DNA of 64,000 nucleotides from Acidobacteriota bacterium (GCA_036507075.1 DASXQR010000048.1:1-64000), one strand, 5' to 3'. Numbered from the stretch's first letter, positions 22,235-32,668 are shown. Numbers and translations are program-made. Notes: generated by a model not told the origin, from the sequence alone.

Positions 22235-23110
22235 ATGTCAATACTGGTAGATGAAAACACCCGATTGCTCGTCCAGGGAATTACCGGACGTGAGGGCGGC
22301 TTTCACGCGCGCCAGTGTGCCGCCTATGGCACAAAGGTGGTTGCCGGCGTGACCCCGGGAAAAGGGGGCCAGACGCACGAGAACATTCCCGTATTCAACA
22401 CGGTTTCGGATGCAGCGCGCGAGACCGGCGCAGACGCCACCATGATTTTTGTGCCCCCGCCTTTCGCCGCCGATGCAATCATGGAAGCTGTCGATGCTGA
22501 AATTCCGCTGGTAGTGTGCATCACTGAAGGCATCCCGGTTTTCGACATGATTCGAGTACGCAAGTTCATGATCGGAAGAAAAAGCCGGCTTATCGGCCCC
22601 AATTGCCCCGGCGTAATCTCGCCGGGTAAATGCAAGATCGGCATCATGCCCGGCCACATTCACAAACCGGGGAATGTGGGCGTGATCAGCCGCAGCGGCA
22701 CACTCACTTATGAGGCGGTCGATCAACTGACTCGCCTTGGAATCGGGCAGAGCACCTGCATTGGAATCGGCGGAGATCCGATCAATGGCACCAATTTCAT
22801 CGATGCTCTGAGGCTCTTCCAGCAGGATCCGGACACTCGCGCGGTGGTGATAATCGGTGAAATCGGCGGATCTGCCGAAGAGGACGCCGCCGAGTTCATC
22901 CGCCGAGAGTTCAAAAAGCCGGTTGCAGGGTTCATCGCCGGACAAACTGCTCCTCCGGGAAGGCGCATGGGTCATGCCGGCGCCATCATCGCCGGCTCGC
23001 AGGGAACGGCAGAGGCAAAAATTGCTGCGCTGCGAAAGGCTGGAATTGAAGTTGTCGACAGTCCGGCCGAAATCGGCGCGGCCGTCCTTAAAATGAGTCG
23101 AAAGTCTTAA
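22235..23110 (+). CDS. sucD: Succinyl-CoA synthetase alpha subunit
   Basis: [46 protein letters not shown]. Confidence 0.97.
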   Translation: MSILVDENTRLLVQGITGREGGFHARQCAAYGTKVVAGVTPGKGGQTHENIPVFNTVSDAARETGADATMIFVPPPFAADAIMEAVDAEIPLVVCITEGIPVFDMIRVRKFMIGRKSRLIGPNCPGVISPGKCKIGIMPGHIHKPGNVGVISRSGTLTYEAVDQLTRLGIGQSTCIGIGGDPINGTNFIDALRLFQQDPDTRAVVIIGEIGGSAEEDAAEFIRREFKKPVAGFIAGQTAPPGRRMGHAGAIIAGSQGTAEAKIAALRKAGIEVVDSPAEIGAAVLKMSRKS

Positions 23111-23150
23111 AGTCTAAGGTCGAAGGTCTTAAAATCGAAATCCGGCTGCC

Positions 23151-23258
23151 ATCAGTACCGCGACCGTAAGAACGTGAGAAAAAATCAGTACCGCGACCGT
23201 AAGGGAGCGGCGCAGCAGACTGGCACATATCGCCTCACGTTCTTGCGGTCGCGGTACT
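23151..23258. repeat. REP-like cluster AGTACCGCGACCGTAAG(GGAGCGG/AACGTGAG): two direct copies and one inverted
   Basis: 23154-23178 pairs with 23234-23258 with one mismatch in 25 nt; related copies at about 39048-39074 and 3495-3518. Confidence 0.8.
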
Positions 23259-23285
23259 AATGGCGCAGCAAGTAGAAGGATTACG

Positions 23286-23702
23286 ATGGAGCGCACTTTA
23301 ACTATTATTAAACCGGATGCCGTAAAGTCCGGAAACATCGGCAACGTTCTGGCAAGGCTCGAAAAGGAAGGATTTCGAATCCTCGGGATGAAATTCGTGC
23401 AGCTTACCCGCGAGAACGCCGAGGGTTTTTACGCCGTTCATCGGGAAAGGCCGTTCTTCTCCAGCCTGGTAAAGTTCATGACCGAGGGCCCCCTTCTGGT
23501 GGTAGCGCTGGAAAAACAGAATGCGATTGCCGACCTGCGGACGGCCATGGGGGCTACCGATCCGGCCAAGGCAGCGGCCGGAACGATCCGAAAGCAATTT
23601 GCCGAAAATATTGAGCGCAATGCCATTCACGGCAGCGATTCGGCCCAGACCGCCGAGTATGAGATCGGATATTTCTTTAGTAAAATGGAGCTGTTGGACT
23701 GA
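23286..23702 (+). CDS. ndk: Nucleoside diphosphate kinase
   Basis: ERTLTIIKPDAV, FYAVH..RPFF, GATDP, GTIR, NAIHGSDS. Confidence 0.97.
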   Translation: MERTLTIIKPDAVKSGNIGNVLARLEKEGFRILGMKFVQLTRENAEGFYAVHRERPFFSSLVKFMTEGPLLVVALEKQNAIADLRTAMGATDPAKAAAGTIRKQFAENIERNAIHGSDSAQTAEYEIGYFFSKMELLD

Positions 23703-23812
23703 CTTTGGCCGCGGTGTTGCGGTTGACGAATTCTAAATCTTCAATTTGCCAATTGATGACTTGTCATAACTCGTAACGCGTTAACTCGTAACCCGCAAAC
23801 TCGCAATTGCGT

Positions 23813-24028
23813 ATGCATCCGGGAAAGTTTTTGATGATTTCCGGCCTTGTTCTTCTGGTGATGGGCGCGCTCTGGTACTTTGCCGGGTCCGGCCCGCTCT
23901 CCAGAATGGGGCGATTGCCTGGAGACATTCATATTCAACGGGGTAACTGGAGTTTCTACTTCCCGATCGTCACCTGCATCCTGCTCAGCATCCTGCTTAC
24001 GCTTTTGCTGAATCTGTTCCGTCGCTGA
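23813..24028 (+). CDS. DUF2905 family small membrane protein
   Basis: GRLPGDIHIQRGNWSFYFPIVTCILLS signature. Confidence 0.85.
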   Translation: MHPGKFLMISGLVLLVMGALWYFAGSGPLSRMGRLPGDIHIQRGNWSFYFPIVTCILLSILLTLLLNLFRR

Positions 24029-24031
24029 TCC

Positions 24032-25180
24032 TTGGCCTCCGCACTAGAGCTGTTTCCAGAATGCCGCCGGGAGCCGGTGAGCTTTCGCTTTGACTTCTTC
24101 CTGGAGAGAATCCTTTACCATCCGGAACACGGTTACTATTCACAGTGCCCAAGCTTCGGAAAGGAGGGAGACTTTTATACTTCACCCGGTGTTCATTCCT
24201 TTTTCGCCGAAATCCTGGCCGAGCAATTCCTGCAGGGCTGGGAGGAGGAAAGCAAACCCGAATTTTTCACGCTGCTGGAGCTCGGGCCCGGAGATGCCAC
24301 GCTCGCCTCTCAATTGCTGACCACCATCCGAGACCGCTTTCCTGATTTCTGCCGATCAATCCGGTATCTTGGGCTGGAAGTAAGCAGCCGGCTGGCTGCC
24401 CAGCAGCGCCAACGGCTATCTCAGTTTGAGAACGCCCGAATTTTCTGCCGTCATTTTTCGGAAATAGAGCTGGAGCCGTTTTCCGGATGTATTTTCTCCA
24501 ATGAATTTTTTGACGCCCTGCCTTTTCGCAGATTCCAGCGCGGGTCTTCCGGATGGCTCGAATGCTTTGTCGAGATCAGCCCCAACGGCATTCAGGAGCA
24601 GTGGCACGGCGCGGATGTCAAGCCGGCACGGTTCACCTCCGGGAAGCGGCAACCGCCTGTTGAAACCTCGTCCGCGGCACTGCTTTTCCACAAACACCCG
24701 ATGCCCGCCGGCGGGATCGTTGAGTGGCGGGACCAGTTCCAAGCCTTTTATCAGTTTGCCTCGCGGGTTTTGCGCCGGGGCTCCATGTTTCACTTCGATT
24801 ACGGAGACCTTGAAGAAAACCTCGATCCCATGGGGACAATGCGGACATTCCGCCGGCATCATCTCGGCGCCGATCCTTACGTCCATCTGGGAGAACAGGA
24901 CGTAACGGCCAGTGTGAATTTTTCGCAGTTACTGGCCCTCGGGGACAGCTACGGATTTGAGAGCCGGCTGCAGGGCCAGCGCGAATATTTGATCGACCGC
25001 GGAATTCTGCAGAAGATCGCCGTGCGCTTTGAAGGAAAGACGCCGGAGAAACATCTCCGCGAAAAATTAGCCATCAAGAACCTGATCGTTCCCGGCGGAA
25101 TCAGCGATCATTTCAAGGTGCTGATACAGAGGAGAATCCAAAACGGAACCGCAAAGGACGCCAAGAGCGCCAAGCTTTGA
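24032..25180 (+). CDS. MidA/NDUFAF7-family SAM-dependent methyltransferase
   Basis: LYHPEHGYY, GDFYTSP, LELGPG, SNEFFDALP, FDYG, GEQDVTASVNF. Exact start uncertain. Confidence 0.88.
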   Translation: MASALELFPECRREPVSFRFDFFLERILYHPEHGYYSQCPSFGKEGDFYTSPGVHSFFAEILAEQFLQGWEEESKPEFFTLLELGPGDATLASQLLTTIRDRFPDFCRSIRYLGLEVSSRLAAQQRQRLSQFENARIFCRHFSEIELEPFSGCIFSNEFFDALPFRRFQRGSSGWLECFVEISPNGIQEQWHGADVKPARFTSGKRQPPVETSSAALLFHKHPMPAGGIVEWRDQFQAFYQFASRVLRRGSMFHFDYGDLEENLDPMGTMRTFRRHHLGADPYVHLGEQDVTASVNFSQLLALGDSYGFESRLQGQREYLIDRGILQKIAVRFEGKTPEKHLREKLAIKNLIVPGGISDHFKVLIQRRIQNGTAKDAKSAKL

Positions 25181-25378
25181 ACTCAACGGCGACAAGGGGC
25201 ATTCCTCCAGATCAACGATTCGACTGGGACGCCAAAGTAAAGAGTTTTGGCTTGGTGGTTCAATTTTTTTGACCACCAAGACACCAAGCTTCAAAACTGT
25301 CATTTGGCGAGGTTGTTAGTCAGGCCATCCTGTGCTTCTACTGCTTTGCGGTCTTCGCGTTCTTGGCGGTTCCGTCTT

Positions 25379-25395
25379 CCGCGCAGCCTACGCGG
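25379..25395 (-). promoter_or_regulatory. Candidate bacterial SECIS hairpin CCGCG-UAGGCUG-CGCGG
   Basis: Begins 13 nt 3' of the UGA; GC stem with a G-containing apex. Confidence 0.5.
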
Positions 25396-25912
25396 CGTTT
25401 TTGCTGCTTCAGCCGCCGGCCCAGCGGGGCGCATCGGATGGAATGATGGGCCCAATGGTCCGTCCAAACTCAGCGGCTGTTCTCTGAGCGAGCCTTTCCC
25501 AAAAGTCTGCCGAGTATCCAAAGTCGCTCTCCAGAATCTTTCCGCTTCGAGCGACGAGGAACAGAGCAGGAACGTTGCTGATTCCCAACGAATCGCTCAA
25601 TTCATAAGGGTCCTGGTCGAACAAAACCAGGCTGAAACGGATTCCCCAGTTCTCCAGAAATTCCGCGGTCTCGGCCGGCTCATCCTGAGAAATTCCCACA
25701 AAGGGAAGCTCCGGAATTGCTTTGACCAGATTGTTCATGTAAGGCAGAGAAAACTGCGACGTGGGACAATCCGTTTTAAACAGAGCAAAGAGCACGAGCG
25801 GCGCGTCTCCGACAACAGAGGAAAGGCTGTGAGTCATCCCCACGGCGTCTTTCAGAGCAAACTCCGGGAATAACTGCCCGGACTCCAGGAACGATTCAGA
25901 TCCCTGTTTCAA
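25388..25912 (-). CDS. Thioredoxin-fold redoxin (AhpC/TSA-TlpA-like), probably with a C-terminal selenocysteine (TGA 25409-25411)
   Basis: P.F.LKD, FKTDCPTS, GISQD, VPALFLV; in-frame TGA followed by SSKNAA-TAG and a hairpin. TTG start is an estimate. Confidence 0.75.
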
Positions 25913-26013
25913 TTTCGTATTCCACCGTTGAAATAATTGAGCCGCGTTTTTTGTGTCCTTTGTGCCTTTGTGGTGAATAATCGGACCACAAAGGCACAAA
26001 GAGCACAAAGATT

Positions 26014-27522
26014 ATGGCAGAGAAGGCGCGCGCCGGTTGGACAGCGCATCCCGTCATTCAGCTTCTCATTGTAGCAGGACTGGTATTGCTGGCTGTCGCG
26101 CTTCGAGCCCGTTACCTGGATTGGGTCACGATTGATTGGGATGAAGATTTGTACCGGGCTTACGCGCAGGACCTGTTGCGCGGCAAACTTCTGTATCGCG
26201 ATATCTGGGATCACAAGCCTCCCGGAATCTTTTACCTCTTTGCGCTGATAAGACTGCTGAATCCGTCGCTTCAATTCTTCAGGATCGTGGCGATCGCCTG
26301 GGGAGCGGGATGCGGCTTGATTTTATATGCCATCGGCCGGCGATTATGGGGTTTTGGCGCCGGCTGCCTGGCCTTCCTTGGCTGGACGGCAGCGACGGCG
26401 GACACCTGGGGCAGTCAGTCGAATTCTGAACTTTTCTTTACTCTTTTTACACTGGCAGGAGTCTGGTTGTTCGTATGCTGCCGGCTTCCCCGTCAGCAAC
26501 TGCCTGAGGCGGGAACTGAAACCGGTTTTGCGCAGCTTTCCTGTTTCGTTCTGGTGGGATTGTTCTGCGGAATGGCGTTCCAGTTCAAGCCTGTTACCCT
26601 GGCCGACTTTGCCGCGGTTTTGCTGACCGCTGCTGTCACGCCGCAAAAAGCTCGAAGACAATTCCTTTCTATGGCAATTCTTGGGTTTCTCCTGCCAAGC
26701 CTCGCGGTCTTTTTATTTTTTGCCTGCCATGGTCTGCTTGGGGAATGGCTTTATGCTGTCTACACGTACAACTTCCGCTACGTGTCCGATCCCATCGTGG
26801 AAGTGCTGCAATACGGCCCGCGGAATCTGAAGGACGTGCTGTTGGACAAGTCCCCGCTGTTCCTGCCGGGTTTTGCCGGCCTGGGCTTGATGGCCCGAAG
26901 AGAAAGACGAGAAGTGCGGTTTTTCTTTTGGTTTTGGGTGATTCTCTCTTTCTTATCCATTTCGCTTGGCTTAAAGTTCCTGAAGCATTACTTTCTTCAG
27001 TGGATGGCCCCGATGTCTCTTGCGGCTGGATATTATCTGGCTAAACCGTTGCCGGGACACGAGGTTGTACGACGGGCGATGCTCGCCGGTTTTCTCGTTT
27101 GGGTTGCCAGCATCACATATTTCCAGGCGCCTGATCTGGTAAAAAAAATACAAGACTGGCGGCCTGTCCCGGTGATTTCAGGCGGCGAGGCCGGCCGAAC
27201 TGCGGCGTTCCTGAATTCGAGACTGAGTGGGCAATCGGTTTACGTCTGGCGCTCGCCCTACCTGTCCCTTTACTGGCTTACCGGTGGGCGTCCCGCGACC
27301 CGATTTTTGTTTTGGCGCCACTTGACGCGTCGTCCTCTTGTCTCGTGGATTGAAGATGAGTGGCAGGCAGCCCTTTCGGCCCGGCCGCCAGACGTGATCA
27401 TCAACAGCGAGTTGCCGAACTCGTCGTTAAAAAGTGATCTGTTCATGCGTCAGTTTATCAGGGAGCGCTACCGGATATTGCGCAGGCTCCGCGTGCTTAC
27501 TATTTACGAGCGTAAACGGTAA
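26014..27522 (+). CDS. GT-C fold (ArnT/PMT-like, GT39) membrane glycosyltransferase
   Basis: DWDEDLY, LYRDIWDHKPPG, NSELF, many TM helices. Confidence 0.82.
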   Translation: MAEKARAGWTAHPVIQLLIVAGLVLLAVALRARYLDWVTIDWDEDLYRAYAQDLLRGKLLYRDIWDHKPPGIFYLFALIRLLNPSLQFFRIVAIAWGAGCGLILYAIGRRLWGFGAGCLAFLGWTAATADTWGSQSNSELFFTLFTLAGVWLFVCCRLPRQQLPEAGTETGFAQLSCFVLVGLFCGMAFQFKPVTLADFAAVLLTAAVTPQKARRQFLSMAILGFLLPSLAVFLFFACHGLLGEWLYAVYTYNFRYVSDPIVEVLQYGPRNLKDVLLDKSPLFLPGFAGLGLMARRERREVRFFFWFWVILSFLSISLGLKFLKHYFLQWMAPMSLAAGYYLAKPLPGHEVVRRAMLAGFLVWVASITYFQAPDLVKKIQDWRPVPVISGGEAGRTAAFLNSRLSGQSVYVWRSPYLSLYWLTGGRPATRFLFWRHLTRRPLVSWIEDEWQAALSARPPDVIINSELPNSSLKSDLFMRQFIRERYRILRRLRVLTIYERKR

Positions 27523-27526
27523 GCTT

Positions 27527-27832
27527 CGGGTTTTCGAGTGGGCGGGTTGGCGGGTTACGAGCTGGCGGATTACGGGTTGGCGGGTTACGGGTTGGCGGGT
27601 TACGGGTTTTTGGGTTACGGGTTGCGAGTTGGCGGATTGCAAAATTGGAAAATTGAAAATTACCGTATCAGGATGAGGGACATCCAGTTTTCCATTTCCT
27701 ACTTCGTGACCTATTGCACTAACTCGAAATCCTAACCAACTCGGAACCCGATAACCCGGAAACTGAGAACCCGGAACCCGGAACCCGACAACTCGGAACC
27801 CGATAACCCGGAACCCGAAAACCCGGAACCAT
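27527..27832. repeat. 7-mer-based inverted-repeat element (CGGGTTA/CGGGTTG vs AACCCGG/AACCCGA)
   Basis: Left arm about 27527-27640, right arm about 27720-27830, AT-rich centre with GAAAATT/TTTTCCA units. Confidence 0.85.
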
Positions 27833-27843
27833 GGGGTTAAGCG

Positions 27844-29406
27844 ATGAACGAGAGATTACGAGCGGCTTACCTTCTTCTTCTGATAGCTCTCTTGCACGTG
27901 TTGGTTAATTTCTTCTGGCTGCGCACTGACACGCGCCCCTGGATCTGGGACATGGGCTTTCACGCTCGTGTCGGCCTCGACTACCTGGATTTCCTTCAGC
28001 ATCCCTCTGCAGAGAAACTTGCCTTCGCCTTCCGGGAAGGACTGCAATACCCGCCCTTGTATCACTTCATGGAAGGTTTGAGCTACATGCTGGCCGGCAG
28101 AAACGATGACGCTGCGGTTTTTCCCAACTTCCTGTTTTTGGGCCTGATGCTCTGGGCGGTATTTCGAATTGGTGAGAGAGTGGCAGACCCGGACGCGGGG
28201 TTATGGGCGGCCGCCATAACCAGCCTCATTCCAATTATTGCGTGGGTGTCGCGCACGCCGCTGCTGGACTTCTCGCTGGCGGCCATGGTCTGCACGGCGA
28301 TCCATTTTCAGTATCAGACGGAAAATTTCGGGCTGCGAAAGCAATCCGTGGTATTCGGCGTGATTTGCGGGCTGGGGATGCTGGTGAAATGGACCTTCCT
28401 GTTTTTCCTGATAGGGCCGGTGATCTACGCTTATTTTGAGCGCCCCACGTGGAGATATCGCGTCTGCGTCTTTAATCTGATGCTGTCGGCCGCCGTAGCC
28501 GCCGCAATTTCAGCAGTCTGGTACCAACCGAAACTGACCTTCCTGTTGTTCAATTACCTGCCCGGCCATTCGGCCGAAGGCGCTGTTGAAGGAGATCCTT
28601 CCATTTTCTCGCCCCTCTCGTGGGTTTTCTACCTTCAGTTTCTGCTGAGCTACCAGTTGTTTATTCCTCTGGCGCTGCTGCTTGCCCTCGGTGTTTTCTG
28701 GAGCTTTCGCAGAGGCTCGCGCTCTCCCTCTCTGGCGGTGATCTGGGTATGGGCGGTCAGTTCCTGGTTCATCCTCTCGCTGCTGCGAAACAAGGACCCT
28801 CGTTACACACTGCCGCTGTTGCCGGCCATTGCCATTATTGCCGCCGCCGGATTTGCGGGAGAAGATCCGCTGCGCAGAATTCTAAAATGGCTCACGCTTG
28901 GCGTGGCGCTTGCGCAGTTTGCGGCAATCAGTTTCAACTTCCCGTCGCTGCCCGAAAAGATATCGCTGGGAACATTTCACAAAGGCACGAACACCTGGGA
29001 GTGGCAGGTGTTTTCCAAAACGTATGCCGGGTTTCTCGGTCCTGCCCGCGACGAGGAATGGCCCCTGGAAAGTGTGCTCACTCTCATTGCCGAAAAGGGA
29101 GGAGGAACCTTATACGTGGTGCCGGACCATCCTTATGTGAGTCCCCAGACTTTCCTCTACAAAGCCCGGCTGCAAAACCTTCCGGTGGAAATTCGCTCCG
29201 CGCCGTCTTCAAACGTCACAGGAGCGTTGACAGACTTCTACCTGCTGAAAACGGGCGATCAGGGAGATCTAAAATCTGCCGCGGAAGCGCAGCAACTTAC
29301 CGGCGAGATCCTGAGGAATCGCAAACTGCAGCTGCTGCGCGCCTACTCGCTGCCCGACGGCACCCAGGCGCTCCTGCTGGCTTCCAAGAAGCTGCCCATC
29401 GTTTGA
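27844..29406 (+). CDS. GT-C fold (GT39-like) membrane glycosyltransferase
   Basis: WDMGFH, YPPLYH, LLDF, GLGMLVKW, NKDPRYTLPLLP; multi-TM. Confidence 0.82.
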   Translation: MNERLRAAYLLLLIALLHVLVNFFWLRTDTRPWIWDMGFHARVGLDYLDFLQHPSAEKLAFAFREGLQYPPLYHFMEGLSYMLAGRNDDAAVFPNFLFLGLMLWAVFRIGERVADPDAGLWAAAITSLIPIIAWVSRTPLLDFSLAAMVCTAIHFQYQTENFGLRKQSVVFGVICGLGMLVKWTFLFFLIGPVIYAYFERPTWRYRVCVFNLMLSAAVAAAISAVWYQPKLTFLLFNYLPGHSAEGAVEGDPSIFSPLSWVFYLQFLLSYQLFIPLALLLALGVFWSFRRGSRSPSLAVIWVWAVSSWFILSLLRNKDPRYTLPLLPAIAIIAAAGFAGEDPLRRILKWLTLGVALAQFAAISFNFPSLPEKISLGTFHKGTNTWEWQVFSKTYAGFLGPARDEEWPLESVLTLIAEKGGGTLYVVPDHPYVSPQTFLYKARLQNLPVEIRSAPSSNVTGALTDFYLLKTGDQGDLKSAAEAQQLTGEILRNRKLQLLRAYSLPDGTQALLLASKKLPIV

Positions 29407-29702
29407 ACTAGCCGCCGATTTACACGAATTGACACGGATGAAAGCAGGCCGCCGATCTACGCGAATTACGCTGATTAATATCGGGGTCGAGGGATGGGCT
29501 CAGCCACCACTGTATGTCATTTACGTTGAGCCTGGTCGCCCATCCCTCGACCCCGATATTCTTCCGTGTTAATTCGCGTAAATCGGCGGCCTGCTTTCAT
29601 CCGTGTCAATTCGTGTAAACCAGCGGCCCACTTCCATCCATGTCAATTCGCGCAAATCGGCGGCCTGCTTTCATCCGTGTCAATTCGTGTAAATCGGCGG
29701 CC
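29404..29702. repeat. 37-nt-unit inverted array (2 left, 4 right) around a perfect 23-bp inverted repeat
   Basis: Unit ATCCGTGTCAATTCGTGTAAATCGGCGGCCTGCTTTC; inner IR 29477-29499 / 29538-29560; second copy at 49615-49698. Confidence 0.9.
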
Positions 29703-29783
29703 CGTTCTATTTGAAATCGCAACTGTGCGGCCGGTTACATTGCCTGGGACGGCGAGGATCTACTCTAGATTAACGACAGGGGC

Positions 29784-31106
29784 ATGCCTATGATTCGAAT
29801 GCGCACAAGTCTTTTTCTCCTCCTTGTAATTGCTGTGCTCAGCTCGCCGGGGCTCTCGTCGAGCGCGGCAGAATCGCCCGCGGTCGCTGATGCCGCAGCT
29901 CTGCTGAAGCAGGTCAGCCAGACCTATTCGAGCCTTCGCAGCTATCACTTCGAAGGTGTGACGGTTTTGAGAACACAATCCGACTCGGCCCGGTCTGAGC
30001 AGGAGGTGCCGTTTGTATTTGCCGAGGTGCGGCCTTCCAAGATCCGCTTTGAGACGAAATCCTCGTTGACCGCCACGCTGTTTGTCTCCGACGGCGATAC
30101 GACCTGGACATACATGCCGCGCCTTCATGAGTACACTCACAAGAGATCTTCGACAGGCGACGGAGCGGCGCAGCAACCGGCGCCGTTTCGCAATCAAAAT
30201 CCCGTCGCAGAGTACGAGCGTCTTGCCGACTATGCTCCGGTGGCCAGAGTCATTCGCCAGGAAGGCGCGATGATCTCTGGACGCGAGATCCCGTGCTGGG
30301 TGGTGGAATTGCCGGGAGCTCCGGAGACCGCCAATGGCGTTCAGAACTTCCCCAGACTGCTGTGGATCGAAAAAGAAAGGTCTCTGGTGCTGCGTGACGT
30401 GCTGTCGTCCAGAGTAAGGCGGCCTTACACTCCGCCATCCGAACAAATCCGAACTTGTACTTTTACGCTGGCGAAAATCAACGAACCCCTGCCTGATCCG
30501 CTTTTTCAATTTGTGCCTCCTGACGGGGCCAGAGAAGTCTCCGAGCTGAGCCTGAGCGGCGGCAGCAAGCTGGCATTTGCCGGAAGCGGCGGGATGAAGG
30601 CGAGAGTTTCGACTTCGAGCGCTCCCGCCGGTTCTCCGGCGTCATCTTCTGGGGAATCAACCGAAGCAACCGAAATCACAAGCCGATCTCAGGATATGGC
30701 TGAAGCGCCTGATTTCACGCTTAGTGCCTTGCAGGGTGGTGAAGTTCGGCTTCGTGATCTGCGCGGCAAAATCGTGCTGCTTGATTTTTGGGCCAGCTGG
30801 TGCGGGCCGTGCAGGAAGGAGCTTCCGGTGATTGAAAAGCTCCATCGCGATTACAACCGAAGAGGAGTGGTCGTGCTGGGCGTCAACGACGAAAATCCTG
30901 AAACGTCACAAAGGTACGTCCAGGCGAATAACTACAGCTTTTCCACGCTGGTGGACTCAAAGCGCGCGGTGCACCGGACTTACAGTGTCACGGCTATCCC
31001 GACCGTTTACATCATAGACAGGAAAGGTCGCGTGGCCGCTCATTTTGTGGGCGCTCGAGGGGAACCCGAACTTCTCGGCGCCCTCCGACAAGCAGGACTC
31101 GAATAG
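29784..31106 (+). CDS. Exported LolA-like (lipoprotein carrier fold) domain fused to a TlpA thioredoxin domain
   Basis: Signal peptide; RPSKIRFE, VSDGDTTWTY.P and LFQFVPP.GA (LolA-like); C-terminal APDFTL..LDFWASWCGPC..IPT..IID. Confidence 0.8.
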   Translation: MPMIRMRTSLFLLLVIAVLSSPGLSSSAAESPAVADAAALLKQVSQTYSSLRSYHFEGVTVLRTQSDSARSEQEVPFVFAEVRPSKIRFETKSSLTATLFVSDGDTTWTYMPRLHEYTHKRSSTGDGAAQQPAPFRNQNPVAEYERLADYAPVARVIRQEGAMISGREIPCWVVELPGAPETANGVQNFPRLLWIEKERSLVLRDVLSSRVRRPYTPPSEQIRTCTFTLAKINEPLPDPLFQFVPPDGAREVSELSLSGGSKLAFAGSGGMKARVSTSSAPAGSPASSSGESTEATEITSRSQDMAEAPDFTLSALQGGEVRLRDLRGKIVLLDFWASWCGPCRKELPVIEKLHRDYNRRGVVVLGVNDENPETSQRYVQANNYSFSTLVDSKRAVHRTYSVTAIPTVYIIDRKGRVAAHFVGARGEPELLGALRQAGLE

Positions 31107-31116
31107 CCAGGATTGG

Positions 31117-31380
31117 TTCACCACAGAGCTCAAGCGTAGCCGTAAGCCTCAACCACTCAAAAAGCCGAGGACGGCCCCGTGCACGTCAACGATAGACGTC
31201 AACGACCACGTCAACGCTCACGAAAAAAAAGTCGCAAGTCTGCCTTCTGTTGACCAAGTCTTCAAGCTCTGAATCCTTCGAGCATTTGGACGTACCTGGT
31301 AGACGTGCACGTGGACGTAGACCTTAGACGTAGACGTTGACGTGATCGGTTTTTGTCTTTTCTGAAATTACGAAGTCCAG
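31117..31380 (-). mobile_element. Composite element family A (degenerate ends)
   Basis: Core GTGCACGTCAACGATAGACGTCAACGA.CACGTCAACGCTCACGAA is almost identical to the reverse complement of 53463-53512. Confidence 0.65.
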
Positions 31381-31381
31381 C

Positions 31382-32668
31382 TTAGATCCCTAAAACAAGC
31401 CGGTTCGGATCTTCGATGCAGTCCTTGATGCGCTTGAGAAAGGTCACGGCTTCTTTTCCGTCCACGATGCGGTGATCGTAGGAGAGAGCCAGGTACATCA
31501 TGGGACGAATCGCGATCTGGTCGTTGATAACGACCGGCCTCTTCTGAATGGTGTGCATCCCCAGGATGCCGCTTTGCGGCATGTTCAGGATGGGAGTGGA
31601 GAAGAGCGACCCGAATACTCCACCGTTGGTGATGGTAAAGGTTCCGCCCGTCAGTTCGTCGACCGTGATCGATCCCTCACGCGCTTTTCTGGCAAATTCG
31701 GCCACCTTGTTCTCGATCTCGGCGAAATTGAGCTTGTCAGCATCGCGCATCACCGGCACCACCAGGCCCCGGTCGGTGGCCACGGCCACACCGATGTCGT
31801 AATACTCGCGGTAAACCAGGTTCTTACCCTCGATCACCGCGTTCAATGCAGGAACCGCCTGAAGCGCCTCGATACTCGCTTTCACAAAAAACGACATCAG
31901 CCCGAGACCGATCCCATACTTCTGCTGGAAGCTCTCCTTATACCGGGCGCGCAGCCCCATGACCGCGCTCATGTCTGCTTCATTGAAAGTGGTCAGGATG
32001 GCGGCCGTCTGCTGTGCCTGAACCAGGCGCTCGGCAATTTTCTGGCGAAGAAGGCTCATGGGAACGACGCGCTCACGCTCGCCCGAGCGCGCCGCGGGCA
32101 TCTGTTTGGGCACAGGCGAGCTTGATGTCTTCGGCTGCATGGGCACGGCAATGGGTCTTGCCGGCGCGGCAGCAGTCTCTGTTTTCTCCGAACCGATCGC
32201 GTTCAGCACATCATCCTTGCTGACTCGGCCGCTCTTTCCCGTGCCCGGAACGGCGCCAGGATCCACGTCATGTTCCCGCGCCAGCCTTCGCACGGCCGGT
32301 CCTGAACGCGGCGGAGGCGCGCTTTCGTCCACCTCATGCCGGGGAGTGGGAGTTGCCGCCGGCACGGCGGCTTCCTTTGATGCCCCGCCCGATTCCGTCT
32401 TGCTCGATTGTGCCGCAGCGCCTTGTTTGGCGCCGTCGGTCTCCACAAATCCGATTACGTCGCCGGGAGCAACCGTTGCTCCTTCCTTTGCCTGAATCGT
32501 CAACCGGCCGGACTGCTCTGCAGCCATCTCCATATTCGCCTTGTCGGTTTCCAGCTCAAGCAGCGGTTCATCCATCTGAACCGTCTCGCCGCTGTTCTTG
32601 AACCAGCGCGCAATGCGAACTTCGCTGACAGACTCACCGACTGAGGGGACTTTGATTTCCAGTTTCAT
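31382..32668 (-). CDS. sucB: 2-oxoglutarate dehydrogenase E2 (dihydrolipoamide succinyltransferase)
   Basis: Lipoyl domain ETDK, E3-binding [31 protein letters not shown]. Confidence 0.96.
   Translation of the reverse strand: MKLEIKVPSVGESVSEVRIARWFKNSGETVQMDEPLLELETDKANMEMAAEQSGRLTIQAKEGATVAPGDVIGFVETDGAKQGAAAQSSKTESGGASKEAAVPAATPTPRHEVDESAPPPRSGPAVRRLAREHDVDPGAVPGTGKSGRVSKDDVLNAIGSEKTETAAAPARPIAVPMQPKTSSSPVPKQMPAARSGERERVVPMSLLRQKIAERLVQAQQTAAILTTFNEADMSAVMGLRARYKESFQQKYGIGLGLMSFFVKASIEALQAVPALNAVIEGKNLVYREYYDIGVAVATDRGLVVPVMRDADKLNFAEIENKVAEFARKAREGSITVDELTGGTFTITNGGVFGSLFSTPILNMPQSGILGMHTIQKRPVVINDQIAIRPMMYLALSYDHRIVDGKEAVTFLKRIKDCIEDPNRLVLGI

Noticed and set aside
29404..29702. CRISPR array (37-nt repeats)
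   Set aside because: Units are adjacent with no unique spacers, occur in both orientations, and no cas genes are present.
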